A DNA stretch of 64,000 bases. Origin: Candidatus Bathyarchaeia archaeon. GTDB lineage: Archaea > Thermoproteota > Bathyarchaeia > Bathyarchaeales > Bathycorpusculaceae. Both the position numbers and the translations under genes were made by a program. Positions 1-9,965 of this stretch are shown piece by piece. The number at the start of each line of letters is the position of its first letter. The stretch's first letter is position 1. The notes below the pieces were generated by a model. That model worked only from the letters and a program-made list of their open reading frames with translations, did no database searches and was not told the origin of the DNA. The DNA lies in the NCBI GenBank assembly GCA_049512935.1, contig JBEKWR010000010.1:1-64000 (forward strand). Reading direction: 5' to 3'.

Positions 1-2
1 CA

Positions 3-2807
3 TATGCTTATGTTACAAATTATGGCAGCGGTACCGTCTCAGTGATAAGCGCGCCTGAGGACTGGATAATGTTCCGCTCAAATCCGTCTCACCTTGGTAT
101 AGGAACAGGCAACCTAACGCTTACTCCCTCGTTACTCTGGAATTACCACACCGGCGGTCCTGTTTATTCGTCTCCTGCTGTTGTCGGCGGCGTCGTCTAT
201 GTAGGCTCCTATGACGACCACGTTTATGCTTTGAACGCTACAAGCGGCGTTCAACTCTGGAACTACGCTACCGGTAGCTATGTTGTTTCGTCTCCTGCTG
301 TTGTCGGCGGCGTCGTCTACATAGGTTCAGATGACGACCACGTTTATGCTTTGAACGCTACCAACGGCAACCAACTCTGGAATTACACTACCGGCGACTA
401 TGTTACCTCTTCTCCTGCAGTCGTTGGTGGTGTCGTCTACATAGGCTCCGAAGACAAAAACGTTTATGCTTTGAACGCTACCAACGGCAACCAACTCTGG
501 AGTTACCCTACTGGCGGCGCGGTTGAGTCATCTCCAGCTGTCGTCAACGGCGTCGTCTACATAGGTTCATTTGACAAAAACGTTTATGCTTTGAACGCTA
601 CCAACGGCAACCAACTCTGGAGCTACACTACTGGTTACTTTGTTGTTTCGTCTCCTGCTGTTGTTGGCGGTGCCGTCTACGTAGGCTCCGATGACGACAA
701 CGTTTATGCTTTGAACGCTGCCACCGGCAACCAACTCTGGAACTACACTACCGGCGGCTATGTTGAGTCGTCTCCTGCTGTTGTTGGTGGTGTCGTTTAC
801 GTGGGCTCATGGGATTGGAAAATCTACGCCTTAAACGCCACAAACGGCAACTACATTTGGAGCTACGCAACCAACGCCAAAATCGAGTCGTCTCCTGCTG
901 TTGTAGACGGTGTCGTCTACGTAGGCTCCTATGACAGCTACATTTATGCTTTGAACGCTACCAATGGCTACCAACTCTGGAACTATCAAACCAGTAGCTT
1001 TGTTTATTCATCTCCTGCTGTTGCCAACGGCCTAGTCTACGTCGGTTCGTTATACGGTTCAGCGTACGGCTATAACGTTTATGCTTTGGGTGGTTCTCCA
1101 ACTCTCACGGTGTCTATTTCGCCTTCGCCGGTTACTTTGGATGTTGGTCAGTCTACAACGTTCACTGCTACTGCTAGTGGCGGTTCAAGTACTTACACAT
1201 CTTACCAGTGGTATGTGAATGGCACACTTGATGCAAGCCAAACTGGTGCAAGCTACACTTTTGCTCATGCTTCCGCGGGTTCTTACTCTATTACTGCAAC
1301 GGTTACTGACAGTTCAAGCACGACTTCAGCTCCATCTAATGCTGCAGCAGTTACGGTGAATTCCGCTTTGGCTGCTCCTACTGCTTCTGCTCCCAAGAAT
1401 ACGGTTGATCAGGGTCAAAATAGCACATTGATTTCTACTGCTGTCTCGACTGGCACGAGTCCTTACACTTATCAGTGGATGGAGATGGTTCCTGGCGGAA
1501 GCTATGTTGCTGCGGGCTTGAATTCAACGAGTTTCAGCTTTGTTACTACGGGTTCCACGGCTACGGGCGTCTGGAACTTTAAGCTCCAGGTCACTGACAA
1601 CACAGGTGCAGTGGTCACTTCAAGCTCTGTGGTGGTCATGGTGAATGTTGCTCCAACCGTCAGTATCTCGCCTGCTTCGTGGACTTTGGATGTTGGGCAG
1701 TCTCAACTGTTTAGTGCTATCGCTAGTGGCGGTTCAGAAAATTACACGGTTTACCAGTGGTACGCGAATGGGCAATTAGCTCAGTCTGGGGTCGCTTCAG
1801 GGATGACTTGGGGGTCTCCAAACACAGGCACTTTCTCGATTACTGTGACGGTAGAAGACAATTTGAGTGCGACTTCGGTTCCATCCGCTGCCGCGTCGGT
1901 TACGGTGAACACTTCGCCGACCGTGAGCATCTCGCCTGCTGGACCGCTTTCTTTAACTGCTGGTCAGGTTCAAGCGTTTACAGCTACGGCCAGCGGCGGT
2001 TCAGGCACAGTTAGTTATCAGTGGTACTTGGATGGTAATGCGGCTGGCTCTAACAGTGCAAGCTATTCTTATACTGCTGCGGCGGGTTCGCATTCGGTTA
2101 CCTGCAAGGTGACTGACAGCGCCTCCACTCCAGTTACGTCTCCTGCTTCTAACGCTGTTTCAGTCACGGTGAATCCAGCTTCAACACCAACGCCCACTCC
2201 AGTTCCCACAGCAGCTCCAACGCTCACTCCAACTCCAACGCCAACGCCCTCACCGACAGCTACTCCATCATCCGCGCCGAGCGCCAGCTCAACAGCTGTG
2301 GTTAATGATAATTCTGCGACGGCTGACCAGTCAGCAACTACGGGAGTCGATGTTACAGTCAGTGGCTCTTCGTTGCAGGACGGAGCAAAACTAAACATCA
2401 CCTCAACTAATTATGGCGACAGCCAGCCGTCAGGAACAGGCAGCATATCTATCGGCGGAGCAGCCTTCTACGACGTCAAAGTTGCTTCAACCAGCGGAGC
2501 CTTAGGGTCAGACGTCTCCGTAACTATAAGCATATCAAACTCAATCTTTACCAGCGCCAGCGTCATGGAGTACTGGAACGGGAACAGCTGGGTTTCGGTT
2601 ACCACCAAGTTCACTGCACCCGACACTATTTCAGGCACTGTTCCCGCGTCAGCATTGACTGGAACCCCCATCGTAGTGGGCACACCTAAATCAAGCGGCA
2701 TTTCTCTGTCAATAATAATCATAATTGTAGTTGCGGTGGCAATCGTAGCAATCTTGAGCGTACTCTTCGTTTACATGAAGAAACAAAAACAAAAGAACAC
2801 AGCATAG
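3..2807 (+). CDS. 5'-truncated surface protein: YVTN propeller end + 8-blade PQQ-like propeller + PKD/Ig repeats + Pro/Thr linker + C-terminal TM anchor
   Basis: Frame open from base 3 (YAYVTNYGSGTVSVI, a YVTN repeat); eight 40-aa SSPAVxxGVVYxGSxDxxVYALNA repeats; YQWY Ig-like units; hydrophobic helix followed by KKQKQK. Confidence 0.9.
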   Translation, partial: YAYVTNYGSGTVSVISAPEDWIMFRSNPSHLGIGTGNLTLTPSLLWNYHTGGPVYSSPAVVGGVVYVGSYDDHVYALNATSGVQLWNYATGSYVVSSPAVVGGVVYIGSDDDHVYALNATNGNQLWNYTTGDYVTSSPAVVGGVVYIGSEDKNVYALNATNGNQLWSYPTGGAVESSPAVVNGVVYIGSFDKNVYALNATNGNQLWSYTTGYFVVSSPAVVGGAVYVGSDDDNVYALNAATGNQLWNYTTGGYVESSPAVVGGVVYVGSWDWKIYALNATNGNYIWSYATNAKIESSPAVVDGVVYVGSYDSYIYALNATNGYQLWNYQTSSFVYSSPAVANGLVYVGSLYGSAYGYNVYALGGSPTLTVSISPSPVTLDVGQSTTFTATASGGSSTYTSYQWYVNGTLDASQTGASYTFAHASAGSYSITATVTDSSSTTSAPSNAAAVTVNSALAAPTASAPKNTVDQGQNSTLISTAVSTGTSPYTYQWMEMVPGGSYVAAGLNSTSFSFVTTGSTATGVWNFKLQVTDNTGAVVTSSSVVVMVNVAPTVSISPASWTLDVGQSQLFSAIASGGSENYTVYQWYANGQLAQSGVASGMTWGSPNTGTFSITVTVEDNLSATSVPSAAASVTVNTSPTVSISPAGPLSLTAGQVQAFTATASGGSGTVSYQWYLDGNAAGSNSASYSYTAAAGSHSVTCKVTDSASTPVTSPASNAVSVTVNPASTPTPTPVPTAAPTLTPTPTPTPSPTATPSSAPSASSTAVVNDNSATADQSATTGVDVTVSGSSLQDGAKLNITSTNYGDSQPSGTGSISIGGAAFYDVKVASTSGALGSDVSVTISISNSIFTSASVMEYWNGNSWVSVTTKFTAPDTISGTVPASALTGTPIVVGTPKSSGISLSIIIIIVVAVAIVAILSVLFVYMKKQKQKNTA
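136..1090 (+). repeat. Eight intragenic tandem repeats of about 120 bp (PQQ-like blades)
   Basis: Exact 120-nt period; 40-nt block cgtttatgctttgaacgctaccaacggcaaccaactctgg identical at 341, 461 and 581. Confidence 0.9.
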
Positions 2808-2999
2808 TCAACTCTAGCGTCTGTTGGCTGAAGCAGAAAGCCCAAGTGATTTCAAGGCGAACCCTGAATTCCCGTCGAAATGCGCGGGCATAGATTCATC
2901 GCAAATGACGGCAGTTACTGCAAAAGATAGATTAGAGCTGGGGCAGAATGATGCAAATCTTATATATAATTCATTATAGTAAATTATAGGCGATATATA

Positions 3000-3227
3000 A
3001 TGAAGGACGCCACTACAATCCAGCTTAAGAAGTCAGTAGTCAGGGAGCTAAAAAGCATTAAAAAGTATCCAAGGGAAACTTACAACGAAATCATTTCTGA
3101 TTTAATAAAGACATCGAAAGATTCCAAAAAAAGAAGGCAATACGACGAGTTCCTCCACACAATCCAGCAGGCAAAAATGAAGGAATTATGGGACAACGTG
3201 GAAGATGAGGCTTGGGAAGATGCTTGA
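3000..3227 (+). CDS. Antitoxin partner of MazF-type toxin
   Basis: TTIQLKKSV...YPRETYNEII archaeal RHH-like N-terminus; acidic ELWDNVEDEAW tail; overlaps toxin start. Confidence 0.75.
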   Translation: MKDATTIQLKKSVVRELKSIKKYPRETYNEIISDLIKTSKDSKKRRQYDEFLHTIQQAKMKELWDNVEDEAWEDA

Positions 3228-3531
3228 AGCTGGAGATGTCGTTGTTGCAAGCGTGCAGTTTACGGACACCAATGAAGTGAAGACTAGGCCCGCGGTAGTC
3301 CTTTTTGAAGAGTCTGGAAACGTTGTGATAGCTGGGATAACTAGTAATCTTAAGATGAAGGGAATACCGCTAACTAAGAGCGAAGGCGCCGTAAAAGACA
3401 GCGTCATAAAATTAAACTACATCTTCACCATCTCGGAAGAAATGGTTTCTAAGGTTGTTTTTCATTTGAGCAAAGAAAAAAAAGGCCTAATATTTGATGA
3501 ACTCACCAAAAAACTTGGCGAACTCAAATAA
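3220..3531 (+). CDS. PemK/MazF family toxin
   Basis: GDVVVASVQFTD...KTRPAVVL...IAGITS motif; start refined to ATG 3220. Confidence 0.85.
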   Translation: MLEAGDVVVASVQFTDTNEVKTRPAVVLFEESGNVVIAGITSNLKMKGIPLTKSEGAVKDSVIKLNYIFTISEEMVSKVVFHLSKEKKGLIFDELTKKLGELK

Positions 3532-3576
3532 TTATCGACAATCAACTTCGACCAAGCGCACTTCAGTATCAATTCG

Positions 3577-4821
3577 CTATTTTTCCTTGATGCTTGGCTC
3601 GTAGACTCTCCAGAACACGAAGATGGAGAGGGGTATCGCCGAAGCCGCCAGCAAGATGAAGGGCAGTTGAGGAGAAACAAACGCGTACAGCACTCCGACT
3701 GTGACTTGGAAGGCGGCTTGCATTATGTACATGAAGAATTGCAGGCAGCCCTGCGCTGTGCCTCTTAGGTTCCTGGGAACCATGTCGCCCAACAAGACTT
3801 GGTAGGTGTTTTGCTGGAGCAGGTTGCCGAGTCCGAAGAAGAAGAACGCCAGCAACAGCGTGAGGAAGTTTGCGTGCAAAAACAGGAGCATGCCTGGAAC
3901 ATACAGCAGATAGCCAAGTATCAAGAAGCGTTTCCTACCCGTCACGTCCATACGTAACCCCGCGACTATGCCTGGAACAGCGATGCTAAGGTACATGAAA
4001 GCCATGACAATGGCCCATTGACCCAATGAAACCTTAAGCACGGAAACAGCGTAAACAACAAAGTAAGCCTGGCAACCAACCACTAACCCGTTTATGATTA
4101 TGATGGCTAAGAAAAGGTTGAAAGCTGACTTCGAAACCTTCCCCCAAACAGCAAGACCTTCCTTAACCGACTCAGGATAGCCTTTCATGGCGTCGATCAG
4201 GCTTGGTCTTTCTTTCGCGTCTTTATCAAGCAAGGTTTCTTTAAGTCGAAGTCTCAGAACTGCAACTCCAAAATACGTCAGCGCCACAATCGCGTAGGCA
4301 ATACGCATGCCTAAATCAAAGTGGAAAGTGACAACCAAGTACTGCGCGATGAGTGGAGCGGGCAGAATAACAACCGTTGAAATCACTGCCTGAAAACTGT
4401 AGCCCGCGCCTCTGTTTTCCGGCGCCAAAGAATCCATATCCATAGCAATCAACGCTGGACCGTAAATAGAGCACAAGTTCTCTATCAGCAGACCCAGCAA
4501 CAGGAAAGGCCAGGACGGCGCAAAAATGAAAAACAATGTTCCTGCGCCCAACCCGAAAGTCATGCTGACGATAAGCCAGCGTCTGCCATGTTTATCTGCC
4601 AAGTAGCCGCCTGGAAACTGAACGAATGCAATGGCGATGGACCCCGCGAAACCCATGATGGAAATCAAGAACACGCTAGCGCCCAAGTGCAGGTAAAAGA
4701 GGCTCGCATAGGTGGCGGGGATAGACTGCGCGGAAAACATGATAATCCAACTTATGGTTATGAGCAGAAAGTTGCCTCGCAGGATTGCTTGGTCTCCGCG
4801 GAAAAGCGCTGACAGCTTCAT
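3577..4821 (-). CDS. MFS transporter
   Basis: About 12 hydrophobic segments; motif A GYLADKHGRRW. Confidence 0.9.
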   Translation of the reverse strand: MKLSALFRGDQAILRGNFLLITISWIIMFSAQSIPATYASLFYLHLGASVFLISIMGFAGSIAIAFVQFPGGYLADKHGRRWLIVSMTFGLGAGTLFFIFAPSWPFLLLGLLIENLCSIYGPALIAMDMDSLAPENRGAGYSFQAVISTVVILPAPLIAQYLVVTFHFDLGMRIAYAIVALTYFGVAVLRLRLKETLLDKDAKERPSLIDAMKGYPESVKEGLAVWGKVSKSAFNLFLAIIIINGLVVGCQAYFVVYAVSVLKVSLGQWAIVMAFMYLSIAVPGIVAGLRMDVTGRKRFLILGYLLYVPGMLLFLHANFLTLLLAFFFFGLGNLLQQNTYQVLLGDMVPRNLRGTAQGCLQFFMYIMQAAFQVTVGVLYAFVSPQLPFILLAASAIPLSIFVFWRVYEPSIKEK

Positions 4822-4953
4822 TTGGCTAATCCAATCCGCTTAAGAATATTTAAATTAAGACTCATGCGTGAGCGTTTTCAAAATGGGTTTCAGTGATTTG
4901 TACCCCACAATTCTTAAATCGCCCTCTTTGCGACCTTACTTTAGATTAGGGTA

Positions 4954-6330
4954 ATGCAAGAAACTGCGGATGGCAAGTATAAACTTAGGGCACTTAGAAT
5001 TGCAGTCGCCGCGATTTTCAGCGTCGTCGTAGTTGAACTTTCCATCGGCTTATTTGTAAACAGCTTAGCCATACTCAGCGACGGCTTACACGCCCTGCTA
5101 GACGCCCTATCAACAGTCATGCTGTTCTTCGCCGTTCGCGCCTCAATTAAGCCCCCAGATGAAGAGCACACCTACGGTCACGAAAAGTTTGAAACCATAG
5201 GCGGACTCATCGGGGGAATAGTATTGATTGCAGTGGCATTCTTGATTTTTTATGAAGCAGCTTTAAGACTGACAGGGTTAGCGAACGCCCAGATCAATCA
5301 AGGTGCGGCGTTTTCGGGTTTCATTGCGATAGGCTACGCTATTTTTATTGCTGCTTTAAGGGTCACTGTTTTTAGGAAAGGACAACACATCGAAAGCCCC
5401 TCAATGAAGGTTGGCTTCTACGATGCCGTTTCAGATTTAAGCTCAACTTTGCTGGCTTTGCTGGGGTTCGGCTTAGCCACCTTAGGTTTTCTCTACGGCG
5501 ACGCTATAGCATCAATATTTCTCGGCGTCATGCTCAGTTACTTGAGCGTTAAGCTTGTGAAGGCCAGCGTGATGGAGCTCAGCGACACCGCGTCAAAGGA
5601 GCTTGTGCAGAAAACACGAAAACTGATTGCTACGCATGATGGCGTCGTGAAGACTGAAAACCTTAAAGTGCGCAAGGTAAGCTCAAAAATCTTCATAGAC
5701 GCTTCGGTATGTGTTCCAAGCCACATGCCCCTTGAAGAGGCACATTCATTGGCTTCAAAGATTGAGGCTGACTTAAAACAGGCTCTCGGCAACGTAGACG
5801 CCACCATCCACATCGAGCCTTCAGAAAAGGAAACCAAGTTGGACCAGTTGGTTGAAAGGTTAGCAACCGTGGAAGGCGTGAAAGAAGTTCATGAAATCAG
5901 CACCATCTACACTGGCGGCAAATACTACATTATACTGCACGCCTACGTTAACCCCGAACTTTCCGTTGAAGAAGCACACAAAATCGCGGAAACCATCGAG
6001 AGAAGAGTCCGAAACGAAATCAAGCCTCTTGAAAACGTAACGGTCCACTTGGAACCTGCAGGCATAGCTATTCCAGCCTCCCAGGTTGAAGAGTCGCAGC
6101 TCAATAAAGTCGTCGGCGAAGTCGTCAACTCCGTCGGGGCAAACCTGCGCGTAAAACGAATAGTAACTTACGGCGCGGAGGGTAAACGCTACATAAACAT
6201 CGACTGCTGCTTCACCAAGCAAATTCAAATAAAAGAAGCCCACAAGATAGCATCACAGGTTGAGAAAGAAACTAAAGAGCGCTTCGCAAACGCCGTTGTC
6301 ACAGTACACATCGAACCAGAATGCGCCTAA
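4954..6330 (+). CDS. Cation diffusion facilitator with three C-terminal metal-binding domains
   Basis: SLAILSDGLH, PPDEEHTYGHEKFE; three EAH...IE...H(I/L)EP units. Confidence 0.9.
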   Translation: MQETADGKYKLRALRIAVAAIFSVVVVELSIGLFVNSLAILSDGLHALLDALSTVMLFFAVRASIKPPDEEHTYGHEKFETIGGLIGGIVLIAVAFLIFYEAALRLTGLANAQINQGAAFSGFIAIGYAIFIAALRVTVFRKGQHIESPSMKVGFYDAVSDLSSTLLALLGFGLATLGFLYGDAIASIFLGVMLSYLSVKLVKASVMELSDTASKELVQKTRKLIATHDGVVKTENLKVRKVSSKIFIDASVCVPSHMPLEEAHSLASKIEADLKQALGNVDATIHIEPSEKETKLDQLVERLATVEGVKEVHEISTIYTGGKYYIILHAYVNPELSVEEAHKIAETIERRVRNEIKPLENVTVHLEPAGIAIPASQVEESQLNKVVGEVVNSVGANLRVKRIVTYGAEGKRYINIDCCFTKQIQIKEAHKIASQVEKETKERFANAVVTVHIEPECA

Positions 6331-6461
6331 ACTGCAGAAAAAAACTGCGTTGTTTCTTGAATTCCTTGCGCAACAGAAAAACCCATTTCAGCTTTAAAAA
6401 GCAAAAGACTTTAACACAGACGACATATAAACTATAACGCGCATGGGAGTACAGGGCAAAG

Positions 6462-8708
6462 ATGTTTTCACGTAAGGCATCAGTTAAATTAAAAGCAATA
6501 CTCATTATTGACCTACTAATCATCAGCAGCGCCGCGGGAGCTTATTTTTACCTTCAAAATCGAGGCGTCATAGGAAGCGTAACCACACCGGCAAAGTTTA
6601 CGCTGAAAGACTTAACCATCAGCCCGTCTAACGCGACTTTAGGCGACGCCGTGCAGATTTCGGTAAACGCAACCAACATCGGCGACTTGATAGGCAACGT
6701 AACCGTGAATTTTGAAATCAACAGCGTCGTCGAAGACTCACAGAACGTAACTTTGGCTGGTGCGGAATCGGAGAACGTGACTTACACGGACATTGAAACT
6801 ACGCTGGGCACCTACAACGTTCAAGTCGGCGACTTAACAGGGTCCTTCACAATCAACCCTCCGCCCCCGGGCTCAAGCAGCATAATCTTGTCTAACATCA
6901 ACCTTAACCCGATGGAGGTGTGGGCAAACCAGACGGTCACCGTGACGGCTTCAGCCAAGAATCCCACATCAAAAACGGATAGCCTCTTCGTCATCTTAAC
7001 CGTTAACAAGGTTCCCGTGGAATCAAAGATGATTCAGGTGAACGCAAGCTCCACCGCGACCGAGCTGTTTACGTTTAACGCTACAACAGTGGGTCAATAC
7101 ACCGTTAAATTGAACACTTTGAGCGCAGCCTTGTCAGTCGTCCCGACTGGTTACCACACGCTCTGGATCAACAGAAGCGGCGGCGGTTCCATACCCTTAC
7201 CTTTCAAGCTGGACGGGGTCAGCGAAAATACGCCTTTTCAGCAACTTATGCCCGATGGATCATACACCATAACAGTGCCCAGCCCCTTCACGCTTTCCAC
7301 AGGCGTGTTAGCCTTCAGTTCTTGGCAGGACGGCGATACCAACCCGACCAAAACTATCGACCTGAACCAATGGACACTGATGGTTGCCACCTACACCATC
7401 ATCAGCGGGTACGCTTCCTGCCCATCCCTCTTCGTCTGGAACGGCACAGGCTACTCTTACGTCACTGACGTTTCAAATTCAGGGTGGCTCGGCTACATGG
7501 GCACCATGAGCAGCACAGGCACCATCACGTACAACGGCGGAACCCCATGGGACTACGTGAAATTGAACCCGAACCTGCTAGCCGCCAAAAACGGGTATTA
7601 CGACATGACTCTTGCCCAGCAGTGGGATGAAATATTCTATCTGGACACCGCCTACATGGTGGTAGTTGACCATCCCATTGGAACTGACGTTTACACGACC
7701 ATGAGCAACTATGCCAGCCAAGGCTTCAACGGACAAATCTATACGGTTGACACGAATGCCATTCAGGCGCCGCTTAGCGCAACCTACGTTTGGGGACCAG
7801 CAGGAACCACCGCTAAGGGAGAAAACGTTCTGCCTCAGATTTCCAAGATTGACGGAGTCTTCACGCCTGGCAACAACGGAGACCAAAGTCCATCGTACAG
7901 CAGCACTAACCTCAACCAGCTCACACTTGACCTGGGCAACTTAGCCAACGCAAAAGACATCAAACTTGTAATAAACGGCATAGTGAACTGGGGCAGCTAC
8001 CAAGACTACTACAGCTGGATAAACCAGTTCAAAGGTGCAGCTTCAGCGGGGCTGCTGACCAACGGGACAACGATTTATCCCGGTCCCTACATGCAGATTA
8101 AAGATGCAAACGGCAACTGGGTAACAGTCCCGGCGGACAAGGAAATCCCGATGCCGTCTGATTCGAACGCAAGAACCTTCGTCGTTGACTTAACAGGCGA
8201 CTTTCCAAAGGGCGTAACCGACTACCAAGTTAAGATCTGCAATTGGTGGAACGTAACCTACGACTACATCGGAGTAGACACGTCAACCCAGCAAAACATA
8301 ACAGTCCAAAAAATCATGCCGACCGCCACGTTAGACGCGTGGGGACCCACCCAGTCAACTTCATCTGGAAACTTCACGAGATACGGCGACGTGACAGCGC
8401 TGCTGCAAGCCGCCGACAACATGTACGTGATTGGGCGGCAAGGCGACGAGGTTAACCTCCAGTTTCCAGTCGGCAACCTGACGAAGGTTGCGCCAGGCAT
8501 GGAAAGAGACTACTTCCTCTTCGTAGCCTGCTGGTTCAAGGATCCGCCTGGACAATGGGGATACGGATTCGCCTTCACTGTCGCACCTCTTCCCTACATC
8601 GGCATGAGCGGGTTCCCGTACACGGCGACGGAAAGCTACCCCTACGACGCGGCGCACTTGGCGTACATTAAAGAGTACAACACGCGGTACATCCCTCCGC
8701 CTTCATAA
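6462..8708 (+). CDS. Membrane-anchored extracellular protein with CARDB-like Ig domains and a large SCP-motif C-terminal domain
   Basis: N-terminal TM helix; ISVNATNIGD CARDB-like units; SCPSLFVWNG...VDHP...FTRYGDV...YNTR domain. Confidence 0.7.
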   Translation: MFSRKASVKLKAILIIDLLIISSAAGAYFYLQNRGVIGSVTTPAKFTLKDLTISPSNATLGDAVQISVNATNIGDLIGNVTVNFEINSVVEDSQNVTLAGAESENVTYTDIETTLGTYNVQVGDLTGSFTINPPPPGSSSIILSNINLNPMEVWANQTVTVTASAKNPTSKTDSLFVILTVNKVPVESKMIQVNASSTATELFTFNATTVGQYTVKLNTLSAALSVVPTGYHTLWINRSGGGSIPLPFKLDGVSENTPFQQLMPDGSYTITVPSPFTLSTGVLAFSSWQDGDTNPTKTIDLNQWTLMVATYTIISGYASCPSLFVWNGTGYSYVTDVSNSGWLGYMGTMSSTGTITYNGGTPWDYVKLNPNLLAAKNGYYDMTLAQQWDEIFYLDTAYMVVVDHPIGTDVYTTMSNYASQGFNGQIYTVDTNAIQAPLSATYVWGPAGTTAKGENVLPQISKIDGVFTPGNNGDQSPSYSSTNLNQLTLDLGNLANAKDIKLVINGIVNWGSYQDYYSWINQFKGAASAGLLTNGTTIYPGPYMQIKDANGNWVTVPADKEIPMPSDSNARTFVVDLTGDFPKGVTDYQVKICNWWNVTYDYIGVDTSTQQNITVQKIMPTATLDAWGPTQSTSSGNFTRYGDVTALLQAADNMYVIGRQGDEVNLQFPVGNLTKVAPGMERDYFLFVACWFKDPPGQWGYGFAFTVAPLPYIGMSGFPYTATESYPYDAAHLAYIKEYNTRYIPPPS

Positions 8709-8974
8709 CCCATCTTTTTCCTCGTTAACTTGGAACAATGAAACTGGGCGGGGAAGCATGCAAGATTTAAAAGGTGAACCCTGTACTTTCATTAGTTAAA
8801 ACCTCAACGAGACCATGCGCATGCCGTTTACAAACGAAACCAAAAAATCCGAATCTTCAGGTGCTACCCCTTTTTTCATGCTGATAAATTTTGTGGGCTG
8901 CAGGTTTTTCCATGGATTTTTGCGAAATGATTAAGTGAATAATCGTGTCACGGTAACAAGATGGGAAGAAAAAA

Positions 8975-9958
8975 ATGGCTTGGCAGTACATAGGGGACAT
9001 ACTGAGGTTAATCGTGCTAGGCGGACTCGGCGCCGCGGGGATACTTACAGTTTTGATTTGGAAAAAGAACCTCGCCACCAAAGTGACCTTCATAAGGCTC
9101 GTTGTCCAGGCGATGGCTTTCGCAGCGTTCTTCTACGTTTTCACGCTCACCATCCCGCTTCTCTACTTCCTCATAGCCATCTTCGCAGTCACCATCGTTT
9201 TCGGTCGGCTTTACTGTGGCTGGTTCTGCCCCTTCGGCTTCATCATGGACCTGGAAGTCATGCTGAGAAAAGCTTTTGGCGTGCGCTACCGAAACCTGCC
9301 GGAAAGGCTCAATGTTGCGCTGCACAAGTCAAGGTACGCGTTAGTCGTGGTTTTCCTTGCCTTGCCTATCGCGGCGTGGATTCTGAATCCGCCTCAAAAC
9401 CTCAGCTTCGCCGCGGCGATGGTGCCGCTTTTGGCTGGTCCCTTCCGACCGTGGACGGTTCTTATCGACCCTTTGATTCCCGTGGTTGTTCCGTGGACCA
9501 CGAGCGCCGTTAAGGTTTTCCAAGTCAACTTTAGCTACCCGTACGTTCAAGATGTCCTTTTCTGGGTGGGTAAAAACGTCGGTCTAGCAGTTGCCGTCGC
9601 CTTTGTCGCCTTAACCTTGGTGGGCTCCTTCTTTTTCAGGCGGCTCTGGTGCCGCTTCTGCCCGACAGGCGCTTCTTTGGCGGTTGTCAATAGGTTTAAG
9701 GGTTTCAAGTGGTCACCTCTACTGCATATTGAAAAAGACGAGGAAAAATGCACGAAGTGCGGCGTCTGCAAAAGGGTCTGCCAGACGCAGGTGACCGAGG
9801 TGTACGAGAAGAAGGGCGGCAAAATCGACACTTCAATGTGCATGCTTTGCCTGCGATGCGCCGAAATGTGCCCCTACGCAGACACTCTTAAGGTAAAACT
9901 CGGTAACAAAACCGTGTTCAAATCAAGAAACTGGCTTGAACCGCCAACAGTTGAGTGA
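8975..9958 (+). CDS. NapH/MauN-type membrane polyferredoxin
   Basis: TM helices; CGWFCP and CRFCP motifs; CTKCGVCKRVC and CMLCLRCAEMCP. Confidence 0.85.
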   Translation: MAWQYIGDILRLIVLGGLGAAGILTVLIWKKNLATKVTFIRLVVQAMAFAAFFYVFTLTIPLLYFLIAIFAVTIVFGRLYCGWFCPFGFIMDLEVMLRKAFGVRYRNLPERLNVALHKSRYALVVVFLALPIAAWILNPPQNLSFAAAMVPLLAGPFRPWTVLIDPLIPVVVPWTTSAVKVFQVNFSYPYVQDVLFWVGKNVGLAVAVAFVALTLVGSFFFRRLWCRFCPTGASLAVVNRFKGFKWSPLLHIEKDEEKCTKCGVCKRVCQTQVTEVYEKKGGKIDTSMCMLCLRCAEMCPYADTLKVKLGNKTVFKSRNWLEPPTVE

Positions 9959-9965
9959 AAAACCA

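Noticed and set aside
136-1090. CRISPR array or DGR
   Set aside because: Repeats are in-frame coding units without spacers; no cas or RT genes in the window
8935-9513. Alternative-frame and antisense ORFs (this one, 53001-53600, 54429-54941, 57586-58176 and similar)
   Set aside because: Shadow ORFs overlapping well-supported genes, with no recognisable motifs
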